Shown here: in pieces, positions 16,978 to 24,949 of the stretch
Layout of the letters: every line of letters begins with the position of its first letter
How positions within the stretch are numbered: the stretch's first letter is position 1
Assembly (NCBI GenBank): GCA_002498925.1
Contig: DAJH01000030.1
Span: 611 to 51,122, forward strand
Direction of reading: 5' to 3'
Length of the DNA stretch: 50,512 bases
Source of the DNA: Euryarchaeota archaeon UBA173
Lineage (GTDB): Archaea > Thermoplasmatota > Poseidoniia > Poseidoniales > Thalassarchaeaceae
Made by a program: the position numbers and the translations under genes
Notes under the pieces: generated by a model
Database searches by the model: none
Told to the model about the DNA's origin: nothing
Seen by the model: only the letters and a program-made list of their open reading frames with translations

Positions 16978-17568
16978 ATGGTTCGTATCACGAAGGTCCA
17001 CACTGGTGGCGGAGATGGTGGCGAAACATCTCTCGTAGATGGCACTCGTGTGGGTAAGGAGCACCCTAGGGTGGCTATTTACGGGGCGATCGACGAAGCT
17101 AACTCAGCAATTGGGATCGTCCGTTCAGAGATAAACAGAGTCGGTTCGGGAGCCGTCAAAGGTCGTCTTGTTGAGGCTGATCGAATGCTCGGCATAATCC
17201 AACAGGAGTTATTCGATGTCGGTGCTGAATGCGCTTGCCCCCCGGGAGGCGTCCCAGAGCAGATGTCCATAATCGGATCTGATGCCGGAGAGAGATTGGT
17301 TGAGGAGATGGATCGCATGCTGGAAGATTTGGAGCCCCTTTCATCCTTCATACTCCCCACTGGGAGTCCTGTGGTTGCGCACTTGCACATGGCTCGTACC
17401 ATTGTCCGGAGAGCAGAGAGGGAGGCTTGTGCTCTTCGTGAAGAGGTTCGAGCTGAGGTAATCAGCTACCTCAACAGACTCTCGGACCACTGCTTCGTAC
17501 TCTCTCGCTGGCTTACAGGGGATGAGGGGGAGACGCTTTGGACCCCCCTGGGCAAGCGAGGGGGGTAG
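16978..17568 (+). CDS. PduO-type ATP:cob(I)alamin adenosyltransferase
   Basis: Contains RITKVHTGGGDGGETSL, AIYGAIDEANSAIG, QQELFDVGAE, FILPTGSPVVAHLHMARTIVRRAERE and YLNRLSDHCFVLSRW. Confidence 0.85.
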   Translation: MVRITKVHTGGGDGGETSLVDGTRVGKEHPRVAIYGAIDEANSAIGIVRSEINRVGSGAVKGRLVEADRMLGIIQQELFDVGAECACPPGGVPEQMSIIGSDAGERLVEEMDRMLEDLEPLSSFILPTGSPVVAHLHMARTIVRRAEREACALREEVRAEVISYLNRLSDHCFVLSRWLTGDEGETLWTPLGKRGG

Positions 17569-17571
17569 TCG

Positions 17572-17754
17572 GTGTCTTGGTTTCAGAAATATCTACGTGC
17601 ACATTCCTTTCTTGGTTTTGATGATTCTGTAAATGGCTGGTCAGACTTAAGCCGGAAACACAAAATTGTGATGGCCTTCAAGATATTGCAGGATTTATTC
17701 GGGGTTCTAATCGTATTGGCGCTTACCAGTGTCGCAATAGATTGGTTGTTTTGA
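17572..17754 (+). CDS. small hypothetical protein with C-terminal hydrophobic helix
   Basis: The GTG lies 4 nt after the adenosyltransferase stop. The C-terminus is LFGVLIVLALTSVAIDWLF. There is no homology signal and it may not be expressed. Confidence 0.25.
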   Translation: MSWFQKYLRAHSFLGFDDSVNGWSDLSRKHKIVMAFKILQDLFGVLIVLALTSVAIDWLF

Positions 17755-17767
17755 TTGGCCTGTGGAA

Positions 17768-18205
17768 TCAGACTGCCTTGCCTGTCTGCTGAATGTGCAT
17801 TCTCGCCGATCGTAGGAGTTCCTTCTCCTGTTCAAAGGTGACCATTGACTGGGCGCTATCAAAGTCCATCCAGAGGTAATTGGTGTGTTCGACGGACAAG
17901 CTGACGTCGATTTCTTCCGTGTGTGCAATGTACCAGAAGACCTGCTTAGGAATGCTGGAGCCACGCCTCTTGAAGGTGTACTCTGTTCTGGAACTCCAAG
18001 AGTCATCGATAGAGAAGGCCTGTATCCCGGTCTCCTCCACAAGCTCCCTTGATGCCGTGTCATGATGGTCCCTGTCCCCTTCCTCCACATGTCCCTTGGG
18101 AAAGCTCCAGTGACCCTGTGGGTATTGCAACAGTAACACGCTGTCAAAGTTGACCAGAATGAAACCGCAGGAGGTTTCCATCTTGCTGCCAGCGTTCCCT
18201 CCCAT
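17768..18205 (-). CDS. Nudix hydrolase (Ap4A-hydrolase-like)
   Basis: Nudix box GHVEEGDRDHHDTASRELVEETGI (G-x5-E-x7-REUxEExGU). The overlapping 270-aa ORF 17707..18519 is judged spurious. Confidence 0.85.
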   Translation of the reverse strand: MGGNAGSKMETSCGFILVNFDSVLLLQYPQGHWSFPKGHVEEGDRDHHDTASRELVEETGIQAFSIDDSWSSRTEYTFKRRGSSIPKQVFWYIAHTEEIDVSLSVEHTNYLWMDFDSAQSMVTFEQEKELLRSARMHIQQTGKAV

Positions 18206-18291
18206 GGACCCACAGAATGGGATTCAGATGAAAACATTCCGAGTGATTCGATTGCGAAACCACCATTGGGGAGGACTTGGCGAGTTGTATC

Positions 18292-19272
18292 ATGGAAGTC
18301 GACCCGTTGTCTTTGGATATCCGAAGAATCGTTACTGACAGCGACTTGGATGGCGTCACTACGGCTGCAATCCTGAAAAGGTGGTGGATTGATGCGGAGG
18401 TCGTCTTCGGCCACCCTGGTGAGCTTCGAGCAGGCCTTCTGGATGACAAGATTGACTCTTTCACAGCCGTTTGTGACCTTCCTCGGCACCCCAATTGCGG
18501 ATTGAGCATTGATCACCATCAGTCGAACCGCCCTGCCTCGGACACCGAGGACAATGCCGTGATTGTGTGGAGAGCGACTCCGTCTGCCGCCAGAATAGCA
18601 TACGACTTAGTGGGAAAAAGGGTGGATCTGAGTGATCTGACCGACTTCATGGAGTGGGTGGACAAGTTGGATGGCGGGGGCATTTCGAGAGATGAGTACA
18701 TGTCAGACGAGCCAGCAGTATGGCTAGGGAGAGTAATCGACGTAGGAGAGGGGACCGCCTTGGAAATTATGGAAGGCCTGACCAGGGGGGACTCGATAGA
18801 GGAAATACTGTCCATTCCCTCCGTCGCGCAGAAGCTCTCTGAGAGGAAGGTCGAGAGGGAACAATTGACCAGTATCATCTCAGAGAGGACCCGTGTCGTG
18901 GACAGGCTCGCTATTGCCAGGCTTGAGGACCTCGGGATGCGCTCGAATGGGTACCACATCACCGCACACGTCGGTGATGATTGCGATGCGTGCATGGTGA
19001 TACACGGCAACGTAGGGGCCTCCTTCGGAGAGGAAGGGAGATACCCGGTGTCAGCCTCTTTCTATACCAATTCCTTCCTTCACAATGAGGGCGGGATATT
19101 CGATCTGACCATGCTGGCGACGAGCCTTGACCCAGATGGGGGAGGGCATGCGAATGCCTGTGGATGCAGGATCCAAGCACTGGAGGGGGGCGAAAGGGCG
19201 GATAGGGGAGTAGTCGAGGAAGACATAGAAGCCAATATCGAGATTTGGCTGGAAATGTGGTCTAAAAGATAG
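18292..19272 (+). CDS. DHH/DHHA1-family phosphoesterase (NrnA/RecJ-like)
   Basis: ORF from TTG 18277; ATG at 18292. Motifs: TDSDLDGVTTAAIL (D-x-D-x-DG), SIDHHQSN (DHH), GGGHANACGCRI (DHHA1 GGGH). Confidence 0.7.
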   Translation: MEVDPLSLDIRRIVTDSDLDGVTTAAILKRWWIDAEVVFGHPGELRAGLLDDKIDSFTAVCDLPRHPNCGLSIDHHQSNRPASDTEDNAVIVWRATPSAARIAYDLVGKRVDLSDLTDFMEWVDKLDGGGISRDEYMSDEPAVWLGRVIDVGEGTALEIMEGLTRGDSIEEILSIPSVAQKLSERKVEREQLTSIISERTRVVDRLAIARLEDLGMRSNGYHITAHVGDDCDACMVIHGNVGASFGEEGRYPVSASFYTNSFLHNEGGIFDLTMLATSLDPDGGGHANACGCRIQALEGGERADRGVVEEDIEANIEIWLEMWSKR

Positions 19273-19321
19273 CCTTCTCCGAACGAATGGCTACATACAT
19301 GAGTTAATCAACTGAAATCTC

Positions 19322-19696
19322 ATGTCAGAATCAATGCTACCTTCATTCAACGTTCTTGGAGAGGAATTGGAAACCTGTTCTACCTCGCCTCTCACAGGAT
19401 GGTACCGCGATGGGTGCTGCAACACGGACCGGAAAGACCGTGGCTTGCACACGGTTTGCTGTCTCGTTACCGAGGAATTCCTGGAGTTCGCGCGTTCCCG
19501 TGGGAACAATCTGATTACTCCTGCGCCCGAACACAATTTTCCCGGCCTCATCCCGGGAGACAGGTGGTGTGTCTGCGCGCAGACTTGGCAGGATGCTGCC
19601 GAAGAAGGCGTGGCTTGCCCGGTGGTAATGTCAGCAACCCATGAAGAGACGCTTCAGATTGTATCATTGGAGCTTCTGAAGCAGTATGCAGTCTAG
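19322..19696 (+). CDS. DUF2237-family small Cys-rich protein
   Basis: Contains LTGWYRDGCCNTD..D.GLHTVCCLVTEEFLEFARSRGNNLITP...PGLIPGDRWCVCA. This matches my memory of the DUF2237/COG3651 pattern. Confidence 0.65.
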   Translation: MSESMLPSFNVLGEELETCSTSPLTGWYRDGCCNTDRKDRGLHTVCCLVTEEFLEFARSRGNNLITPAPEHNFPGLIPGDRWCVCAQTWQDAAEEGVACPVVMSATHEETLQIVSLELLKQYAV

Positions 19697-19723
19697 TGGG
19701 TGTTTGGTACTGGTGATTTAGAC

Positions 19724-20611
19724 ATGCGGAGCGCTCGAAGTGTAACTGAAATTGTCCCGACGCACGTTGTTCGGGAGGGGGGCGGATTCAAGGTACGCAG
19801 GCCATTCAGAATGGGAAGGGTTCTGAGCCCGTTTCTGTTAATCGACGAGATGGGGCCTGTGGATTACGGGCCGGATGAAGCTGTGGGGGCTCCTTGGCAC
19901 CCACATCGAGGATTCGAGACGGTGACATATCTCCTAGATGGAAGAATGAGGCATGAGGACAGTGCTGGAAACAACGGAGAGTTGAACCCTGGGGACGTCC
20001 AATGGATGACTGCCGGCCGGGGCATTATCCATTGCGAGGAGCCTCATGAGGACTTTCTGAGGACAGGGGGGAGGATGCATGGTTTCCAGATCTGGGTAAA
20101 TCTCCCAAAGGCCCACAAAATGATGCAACCGAGATATCAGGAGGTTCCTTCCTCGGAATCCCCCTTGGTTGAACAAGACGGCGTATGGGCACGTGTAATT
20201 GCAGGCGAATGTATGGGCACGTCATCATCGATCGACACCAAGATTCCGATTACTCTGATACACGTCAAGATGGAGGCTGGTTCTCAACTCTTACAACAAT
20301 TCGAACCCGGCCTGAATGGTATGATCTACGTCTTTGGGGGAGAGGTTGTAATCGACAATGGCCTTCGGATGAAAACTCAACCTATTTCACACGGACTAGG
20401 TACCAAGCAACAGATACAAGACGGTGAGTTGGGGATTCTCTCAGAGGGTGAAGAGATCATAATTCGATCAACTTCGGCTTCCGAATTCCTGATTCTGGCT
20501 GGACCGGAATTGGATGAGCCAATAGAGCGATATGGCCCATTCGTCATGAACACCAGAGAGGAAATCCGACAGGCGTTTCTGGATTATCAGAATGGTACAT
20601 TTGTAGATTAA
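19724..20611 (+). CDS. pirin-family bicupin protein
   Basis: ORF from GTG 19700; ATG at 19724. Contains GGGFKVRRPF, FLLIDEMGP, PWHPHRGFETVTYLLDGRMRHEDSAGN, GDVQWMTAGRGIIHCE and GFQIWVNLP. Confidence 0.85.
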   Translation: MRSARSVTEIVPTHVVREGGGFKVRRPFRMGRVLSPFLLIDEMGPVDYGPDEAVGAPWHPHRGFETVTYLLDGRMRHEDSAGNNGELNPGDVQWMTAGRGIIHCEEPHEDFLRTGGRMHGFQIWVNLPKAHKMMQPRYQEVPSSESPLVEQDGVWARVIAGECMGTSSSIDTKIPITLIHVKMEAGSQLLQQFEPGLNGMIYVFGGEVVIDNGLRMKTQPISHGLGTKQQIQDGELGILSEGEEIIIRSTSASEFLILAGPELDEPIERYGPFVMNTREEIRQAFLDYQNGTFVD

Positions 20612-20642
20612 TAATTGATGTATATCTTATTATTAGATTTTC

Positions 20643-20650
20643 TTAAATAC
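20643..20650 (+). promoter_or_regulatory. TATA-box candidate (TTAAATAC) in the very AT-rich spacer upstream of the COG0523 gene
   Basis: Spacer 20612..20682 is strongly AT-rich. The box sits about 36 nt upstream of ATG 20683, and GAGGT lies at 20675-20679. Confidence 0.4.
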
Positions 20651-20682
20651 ATATTATTCTGTCATAAGCATGTTGAGGTAGA

Positions 20683-21867
20683 ATGAGCGACGAGAATGAA
20701 TCAGACAGGAGGATTCCTGTGACTGTATTGACTGGTTTCCTAGGGTCGGGAAAAACTACGCTACTGAATCACATACTGTCAAGCACAGAGCACAAAATGA
20801 AGTTTGCAATTATCGAAAACGAGTTTGGCGATATTGGCATCGATGAGAATATCCTAGTTGAGAGCTCAGAAGAGAGCATAATTGAGGTTATGAATGGATG
20901 TATATGCTGTACCGTGAGAGGGGATCTCACGGAGTTACTTGATCAAATGTATGAGAGGGTAAAGGACTTCGATGGGGTTCTGATTGAGACAACGGGACTA
21001 GCTGATCCGGCCCCTGTGGCACAAACCTTCTTTGTCGACGAGCGGGTTGTTGACCGTTACAAGTTGGATGGTATAATCACGGTAGTTGATGCTAAACACA
21101 TCATTCAGCACGTTGAGGAGGAAAAGCCAGAGGATGTCGAGAATGAGGCCGTTGAACAGCTCGCCTTTGCTGATCGGATTATGTTGAACAAGATTGACCT
21201 TGTTTCCGAAGAAGAGCTCGAGGAGGTTGAAAGCAAAATTAAGACCATCAATGGGTTTGCTCCAATCTATCACACCCAGAATAGCTTGATTGATCCGGAG
21301 AATTTGATCAACATTGGTTCATTCGATTTGGAAAGAACATTGGAAATGGATCCTGAATTCCTCGATACAGATGCTGAACATGAGCATGACCAACGTGTTA
21401 CATCTACGAGTTCAAAGTTTGAGGGGGAACTGAACGTGAATAAATTAGAAAAGTGGATTGGGGAACTCATGCGGGACAAGGCAGAAGACCTGTTTCGCTA
21501 CAAGGGAGTGCTTGCTGTAAAGGGCATGGATCAGAAGTTTGTTTTCCAAGGTGTGCATATGCTCTTTGGGGGCGATTTTAGCAAGGAAATAGGACTTTGG
21601 AAGGAGGGGGAGAAGAGGGAGTGCCGTTTCGTATTTATTGGCCGAGACCTCGATCATGAGGCCCTCCAGGCGGGACTGATGGAGTGTAAGGCGGAGGAGC
21701 TTCGCTTCAATGTCGGAGACACCGTCTATGCCAATATTGGAGAGTTCACAGAAGGCAAGGTTCTGAAATGCTGGGATCAAGGCAATCCCTACCGAGTTGA
21801 GATTCAGGACGAAGAGAAAACGAATGTCTGGGTTCCTATTGACAATGATGATTACGTCCTCGGTTAG
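20683..21867 (+). CDS. COG0523 (CobW/ZNG1-like) G3E GTPase metallochaperone with extra C-terminal module
   Basis: P-loop GFLGSGKTT. CxCC metal motif GCICCT. Also [10 protein letters not shown] and NKIDL. The CobW_C-like region is [20 protein letters not shown] further ~55 aa follow ([54 protein letters not shown]). GAGGT lies 3-4 nt before the ATG. Confidence 0.85.
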   Translation: MSDENESDRRIPVTVLTGFLGSGKTTLLNHILSSTEHKMKFAIIENEFGDIGIDENILVESSEESIIEVMNGCICCTVRGDLTELLDQMYERVKDFDGVLIETTGLADPAPVAQTFFVDERVVDRYKLDGIITVVDAKHIIQHVEEEKPEDVENEAVEQLAFADRIMLNKIDLVSEEELEEVESKIKTINGFAPIYHTQNSLIDPENLINIGSFDLERTLEMDPEFLDTDAEHEHDQRVTSTSSKFEGELNVNKLEKWIGELMRDKAEDLFRYKGVLAVKGMDQKFVFQGVHMLFGGDFSKEIGLWKEGEKRECRFVFIGRDLDHEALQAGLMECKAEELRFNVGDTVYANIGEFTEGKVLKCWDQGNPYRVEIQDEEKTNVWVPIDNDDYVLG

Positions 21868-21918
21868 ATTCTGTTGGATGAAAACTGCAGTTGGTTTCTC
21901 AAAGTGAGGCCGGGTAAT

Positions 21919-22260
21919 ATGCAAGCTCGTGTTGTCGTCTGCAATGGATGCTGTTGTGGGCGCGTAGAGAAGGGTCACAATGAGGTGCCCGTCGATTCAT
22001 TGGAGAAAGCGTGGGATGAGCATGGGCTTGGAAGAAGCGTCAAACTGATCGTTTCAGATTGCCTCGGGCCTTGCAGTATGCACAATGTCTCGTTATTGAA
22101 TACCGAGCGAGGTAAGACTTGGCTAGGTAAGCTAAGTGCAAAGGAGCACTACGAAGCGCTCGTTGGATGGGCATTGGAATTCTCCCAACATGGTGTCGAA
22201 GGGGAGCTCCCGGAAATCCTAACTCCTCATCTATTTGAGCCCAAAGATGAATCTGACTAA
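21919..22260 (+). CDS. thioredoxin-like [2Fe-2S] ferredoxin-domain protein
   Basis: ORF from TTG 21874; ATG at 21919 (MQARVVVCNGCCCG). The Cys pattern is CNGCCC...(~35 aa)...CLGPC, resembling C-x(n)-C...C-x3-C of thioredoxin-like ferredoxins. Such genes are often found next to cobW-like genes. Confidence 0.55.
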   Translation: MQARVVVCNGCCCGRVEKGHNEVPVDSLEKAWDEHGLGRSVKLIVSDCLGPCSMHNVSLLNTERGKTWLGKLSAKEHYEALVGWALEFSQHGVEGELPEILTPHLFEPKDESD

Positions 22261-22838
22261 GAGAACCAAGGGTGTCGCCCAAAATGATTCCTCGGCACTT
22301 CTTCCCTGTAACGAAGAACGTAGTCGATACCTGATAGGACTGAGCGTAAGTACCTCTCGAGGCGTGGCCTCACATATGCCCCGTGAAGCAGTAATGAGGA
22401 GATTCGGTTTCGGCCAACATACAGATACGGGAAAACTGTGATTGTTAGTTTGCAACTGTTCTCTGAAATGGGGATTAGTTTCCAGTCTACGAATGATTGG
22501 GGCCCTCCCTCCTCCCCAATCAGCAAATCGAATCCCTCGTTGGGGGACCATCTAAGGAAATCTCTGATGTATGTCAGGCCGTTTAGGTACACCAACTCGT
22601 CCTTATGCCCATGATCCCCCCAGATGAGGGCTTCATTGGTTTTGCAGAATGGGTGGCACTTCAGGAGATGCCCTGGTGAACTGATTAGCTCCCACACTTG
22701 TTCGATGCCTCGGTCAAGGTCCATTGATTTCGATACTGAGTGGCTCTTGCTTAGAGTGGCGGCCAATGAGATCGAGTCTTGATTTTGAATGCGCACTTTT
22801 CTCGGGTGGCTAGTGTGGTTTCCATACATTTCCGTCAT
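22257..22838 (-). CDS. SRPBCC (START/polyketide-cyclase-like) superfamily protein, putative
   Basis: VWELISSPGHLLKCHPFC near the N-terminus and the overall size resemble SRPBCC ligand-binding proteins. This is a weak call by eye. Confidence 0.4.
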   Translation of the reverse strand: MTEMYGNHTSHPRKVRIQNQDSISLAATLSKSHSVSKSMDLDRGIEQVWELISSPGHLLKCHPFCKTNEALIWGDHGHKDELVYLNGLTYIRDFLRWSPNEGFDLLIGEEGGPQSFVDWKLIPISENSCKLTITVFPYLYVGRNRISSLLLHGAYVRPRLERYLRSVLSGIDYVLRYREEVPRNHFGRHPWFS

Positions 22839-22934
22839 GGGGTGTCTCTATCTGGAAATACGGATGGGTCAAGGGCCCAAGTAGAGGATTCCATTTTGCA
22901 AGAGGATGAAAAGGTCGGGTGGCATGCGTGGTGC

Positions 22935-23180
22935 ATGGGAGAAGTTGTCGCGGAGTTTGTCTGGACAGGGACTCATGAGCGCGCGGAAATTCTCCTGGCA
23001 TCCATTGAACCCGATGACCAGGAGTTCTTTGAAGGCGAGATAGTGAACACTGACGGGGGAGCTGAGCTGCGAATCAGAGTGGAGGCGCGGGGTCTTTCAG
23101 AGGCGCGATCGACCATGGACGATATCCTAGCCTGTCTTTCGGCCGTTGAAGCGAGTTTGGTAGCTCTAGACGGCGAATAG
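22935..23180 (+). CDS. KEOPS subunit Pcc1-like protein
   Basis: ORF 22779..23180 is over-extended. From ATG 22935 it gives 81 aa: ERAEILLASIEPDD...GAELRIRVEARGLSEARSTMDDILACLSAVEASL. This resembles Pcc1/CTAG (a.a...sl.pe....l.i...a.d...lRa..ns.l..l). Alternative start: TTG 22896, preceded by AGAGGA. Confidence 0.55.
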   Translation: MGEVVAEFVWTGTHERAEILLASIEPDDQEFFEGEIVNTDGGAELRIRVEARGLSEARSTMDDILACLSAVEASLVALDGE

Positions 23181-23328
23181 CGGATGTCTTCTGTTTCGGA
23201 CCATTCAAGGCAGGGATTCGACACCGCGATACGTGCCTCGCCTTCCCCACGACAGGTCTGACCTCCTATGGTCAGGTGGTTCCGCGACGCAATTACTCCT
23301 GGATTCTACGGATAGGTGGGTAAGCTCG

Positions 23329-24174
23329 ATGGTCGCGGATGAAGGAAGCGGGGGTAGCGGATCTTCTGAGATCGGAGAGGCGATGGTTGTCTCTAAGGGA
23401 TCCGGGGTGTTGTGCGGACAATTAGTTGTAGAGAGGCTGTTGACCAATCACTATCCATCTTGCTCCATTAAATGGCATGTCAAGGAGGGAGGTAATATCG
23501 AAAGGAGTTTCGCCATTCTTACCATCAGAGGAGAATTTGGAGAATTGCTAAGATCCGAGAGGATTATTCTCAACATCCTTGGAAGGCTTTCGGGAATATC
23601 CACTAATACAGCAAATTGGGTTTCTTTGGCCGGGGATATGTCTGTGGCCTGCACTAGGAAAGTAGATTGGGGGATTCTGGATAAATGGGCGGTTCACATT
23701 GGAGGGGGACTGACGCATAGGCTCAGCAGGGCTGATGCCCTTATGATAAAGGATAGCGAGGTACTAGCGGAGTCTGGAATAGGTGAGGGAGAATTAGGGG
23801 CCCTCAGAAGACTGGTCTCTGGCATAGACATGGAAAAGGACTCAGAGTTCGCCGTCGTAGAAGTTAGGACTGTTGAGCAGGCGGTCTCTACTGCGTCCAT
23901 CTGGCAATCTAGACAGAGAGAACTAGGAGGGCGTGAGAGAGTGGTTATTCTATTGGATAATATGGGCCCAGAGAGGGGGAAGGAAACCTCAGATGCCCTA
24001 GAAGAGGGGGGGTTGAGATCTTGGTGTGTTCTGGAAGGCTCTGGGGGAGTCTCCAAAGATTCGCTACGAGACTGGAAAGAGAGTGGCGTTGATCTTGTGT
24101 CCTCGAGCTCGCTGAACAGGGGTGTGGCACCCCTTGACATGTCAATGAGATTTGGAGGAATAGTCGATGGTTGA
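23329..24174 (+). CDS. NadC/ModD-family (quinolinate phosphoribosyltransferase-like) protein, divergent
   Basis: ORF from GTG 23233; ATG 23329 follows AGGTGGG with an 8-nt spacer. Contains SERIILNILGRLSGISTNTANWV, ACTRKVDWGILDKWAVHIGGGLTHRLSRADALMIKDSE, VVILLDNM, VLEGSGGV and GVDLVSSSSL. Several canonical positions differ (see findings). Confidence 0.65.
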   Translation: MVADEGSGGSGSSEIGEAMVVSKGSGVLCGQLVVERLLTNHYPSCSIKWHVKEGGNIERSFAILTIRGEFGELLRSERIILNILGRLSGISTNTANWVSLAGDMSVACTRKVDWGILDKWAVHIGGGLTHRLSRADALMIKDSEVLAESGIGEGELGALRRLVSGIDMEKDSEFAVVEVRTVEQAVSTASIWQSRQRELGGRERVVILLDNMGPERGKETSDALEEGGLRSWCVLEGSGGVSKDSLRDWKESGVDLVSSSSLNRGVAPLDMSMRFGGIVDG

Positions 24175-24949
24175 AATTCCGGACGGTCATCCCCGAAAGG
24201 CGTCCCTAATGGCGCGTCAGAGGATGGTCGAAGCTGCGAGAATGGGTCTTTTGGCGGAATCAGCAATGATAGCCCATGGCCGGGGAGAGGCGTATGACTA
24301 CCTGCTTGGGGAGAGGACGATTGAGTCTGCCTCTCGGGCGATATCTGAGACAGCGGCCAGGCTTCATGAGGCACAAAATCCTGTGATTTCTGTGAATGGA
24401 AACACGGTGGTTCTGGCAGGAAAGGACTTGGTTCGACTAGCTGCAATAATCGGGTGTCCGATTGAGGTTAATCTGTACTATAGGACAGATGAGCGAATCG
24501 GGGGTCTTCTCTCCCTTCTCGGTGAGCAGAGGGAAGAGGTAGCTTCTGATTTCGCCCCCAGTGGGTGGGTCGGGGACTGGAGAAATCGCGTCCTTTCAGT
24601 CCCTCTACTCGGCTCTGAACCGGATGGTTCGATATCTGGACTGGAAGGGCCTCGGTCGCTATGCTGCTCGGATGGCATAGAGCGTGCAGATGTGGTACTG
24701 GTCCCATTGGAGGACGGTGATCGCTGCGAGGCGCTTATTTCGCTTGGGAAGCAGGTGCTGGTTATCGACCTGAACCCACTTTCGAGAACAGCTAGGAACG
24801 CCACGGTGACGATTGTTGATGAGGTTTCCAGGGCTGCTTCAGAGTTGGTGAAGAGTGCTTCAGAGGCAGGAAGCCCGACGGAGTGGGATAACGAATTGTG
24901 CCTCAGGGAGGCCCTGTCTGTAATCTCTGATGCTGGTAGCCTGATCTAG
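24167..24949 (+). CDS. 4-phosphopantoate--beta-alanine ligase (archaeal phosphopantothenate synthetase)
   Basis: Contains HPRKASLMARQRMVEA, MIAHGRGEAYDYLLGERT, PVISVNGNTVVLAG, EVNLYYRTDER, ADVVLVPLEDGDRCEAL and VIDLNPLSRTARNATVTIVD. GGAGG lies 8 nt upstream. There is an 8-nt overlap with the preceding gene. Confidence 0.85.
   Translation: MVEIPDGHPRKASLMARQRMVEAARMGLLAESAMIAHGRGEAYDYLLGERTIESASRAISETAARLHEAQNPVISVNGNTVVLAGKDLVRLAAIIGCPIEVNLYYRTDERIGGLLSLLGEQREEVASDFAPSGWVGDWRNRVLSVPLLGSEPDGSISGLEGPRSLCCSDGIERADVVLVPLEDGDRCEALISLGKQVLVIDLNPLSRTARNATVTIVDEVSRAASELVKSASEAGSPTEWDNELCLREALSVISDAGSLI

Noticed and set aside
17618-17700. Possible C/D-box sRNA in the 199-nt gap after the adenosyltransferase gene. 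TGATGA lies at 17619-17624 and GTGATGG at 17668-17674.
   Set aside because: There are no CTGA D or D' boxes at the required ~12-nt spacing after either C-like box. The gap between the boxes is too long, and there is no terminal stem. The region is equally well explained by the small GTG-initiated ORF 17572..17754.
20618-20652. The inverted repeat ATGTAT...ATACAT overlapping the TATA-like box upstream of the COG0523 gene, considered as a Zur/Fur-type operator.
   Set aside because: The arms are only 6 bp and purely AT-rich, separated by 23 nt, within a spacer that is itself very AT-rich. This is easily expected by chance. I mention it only as something a proper motif search could revisit.
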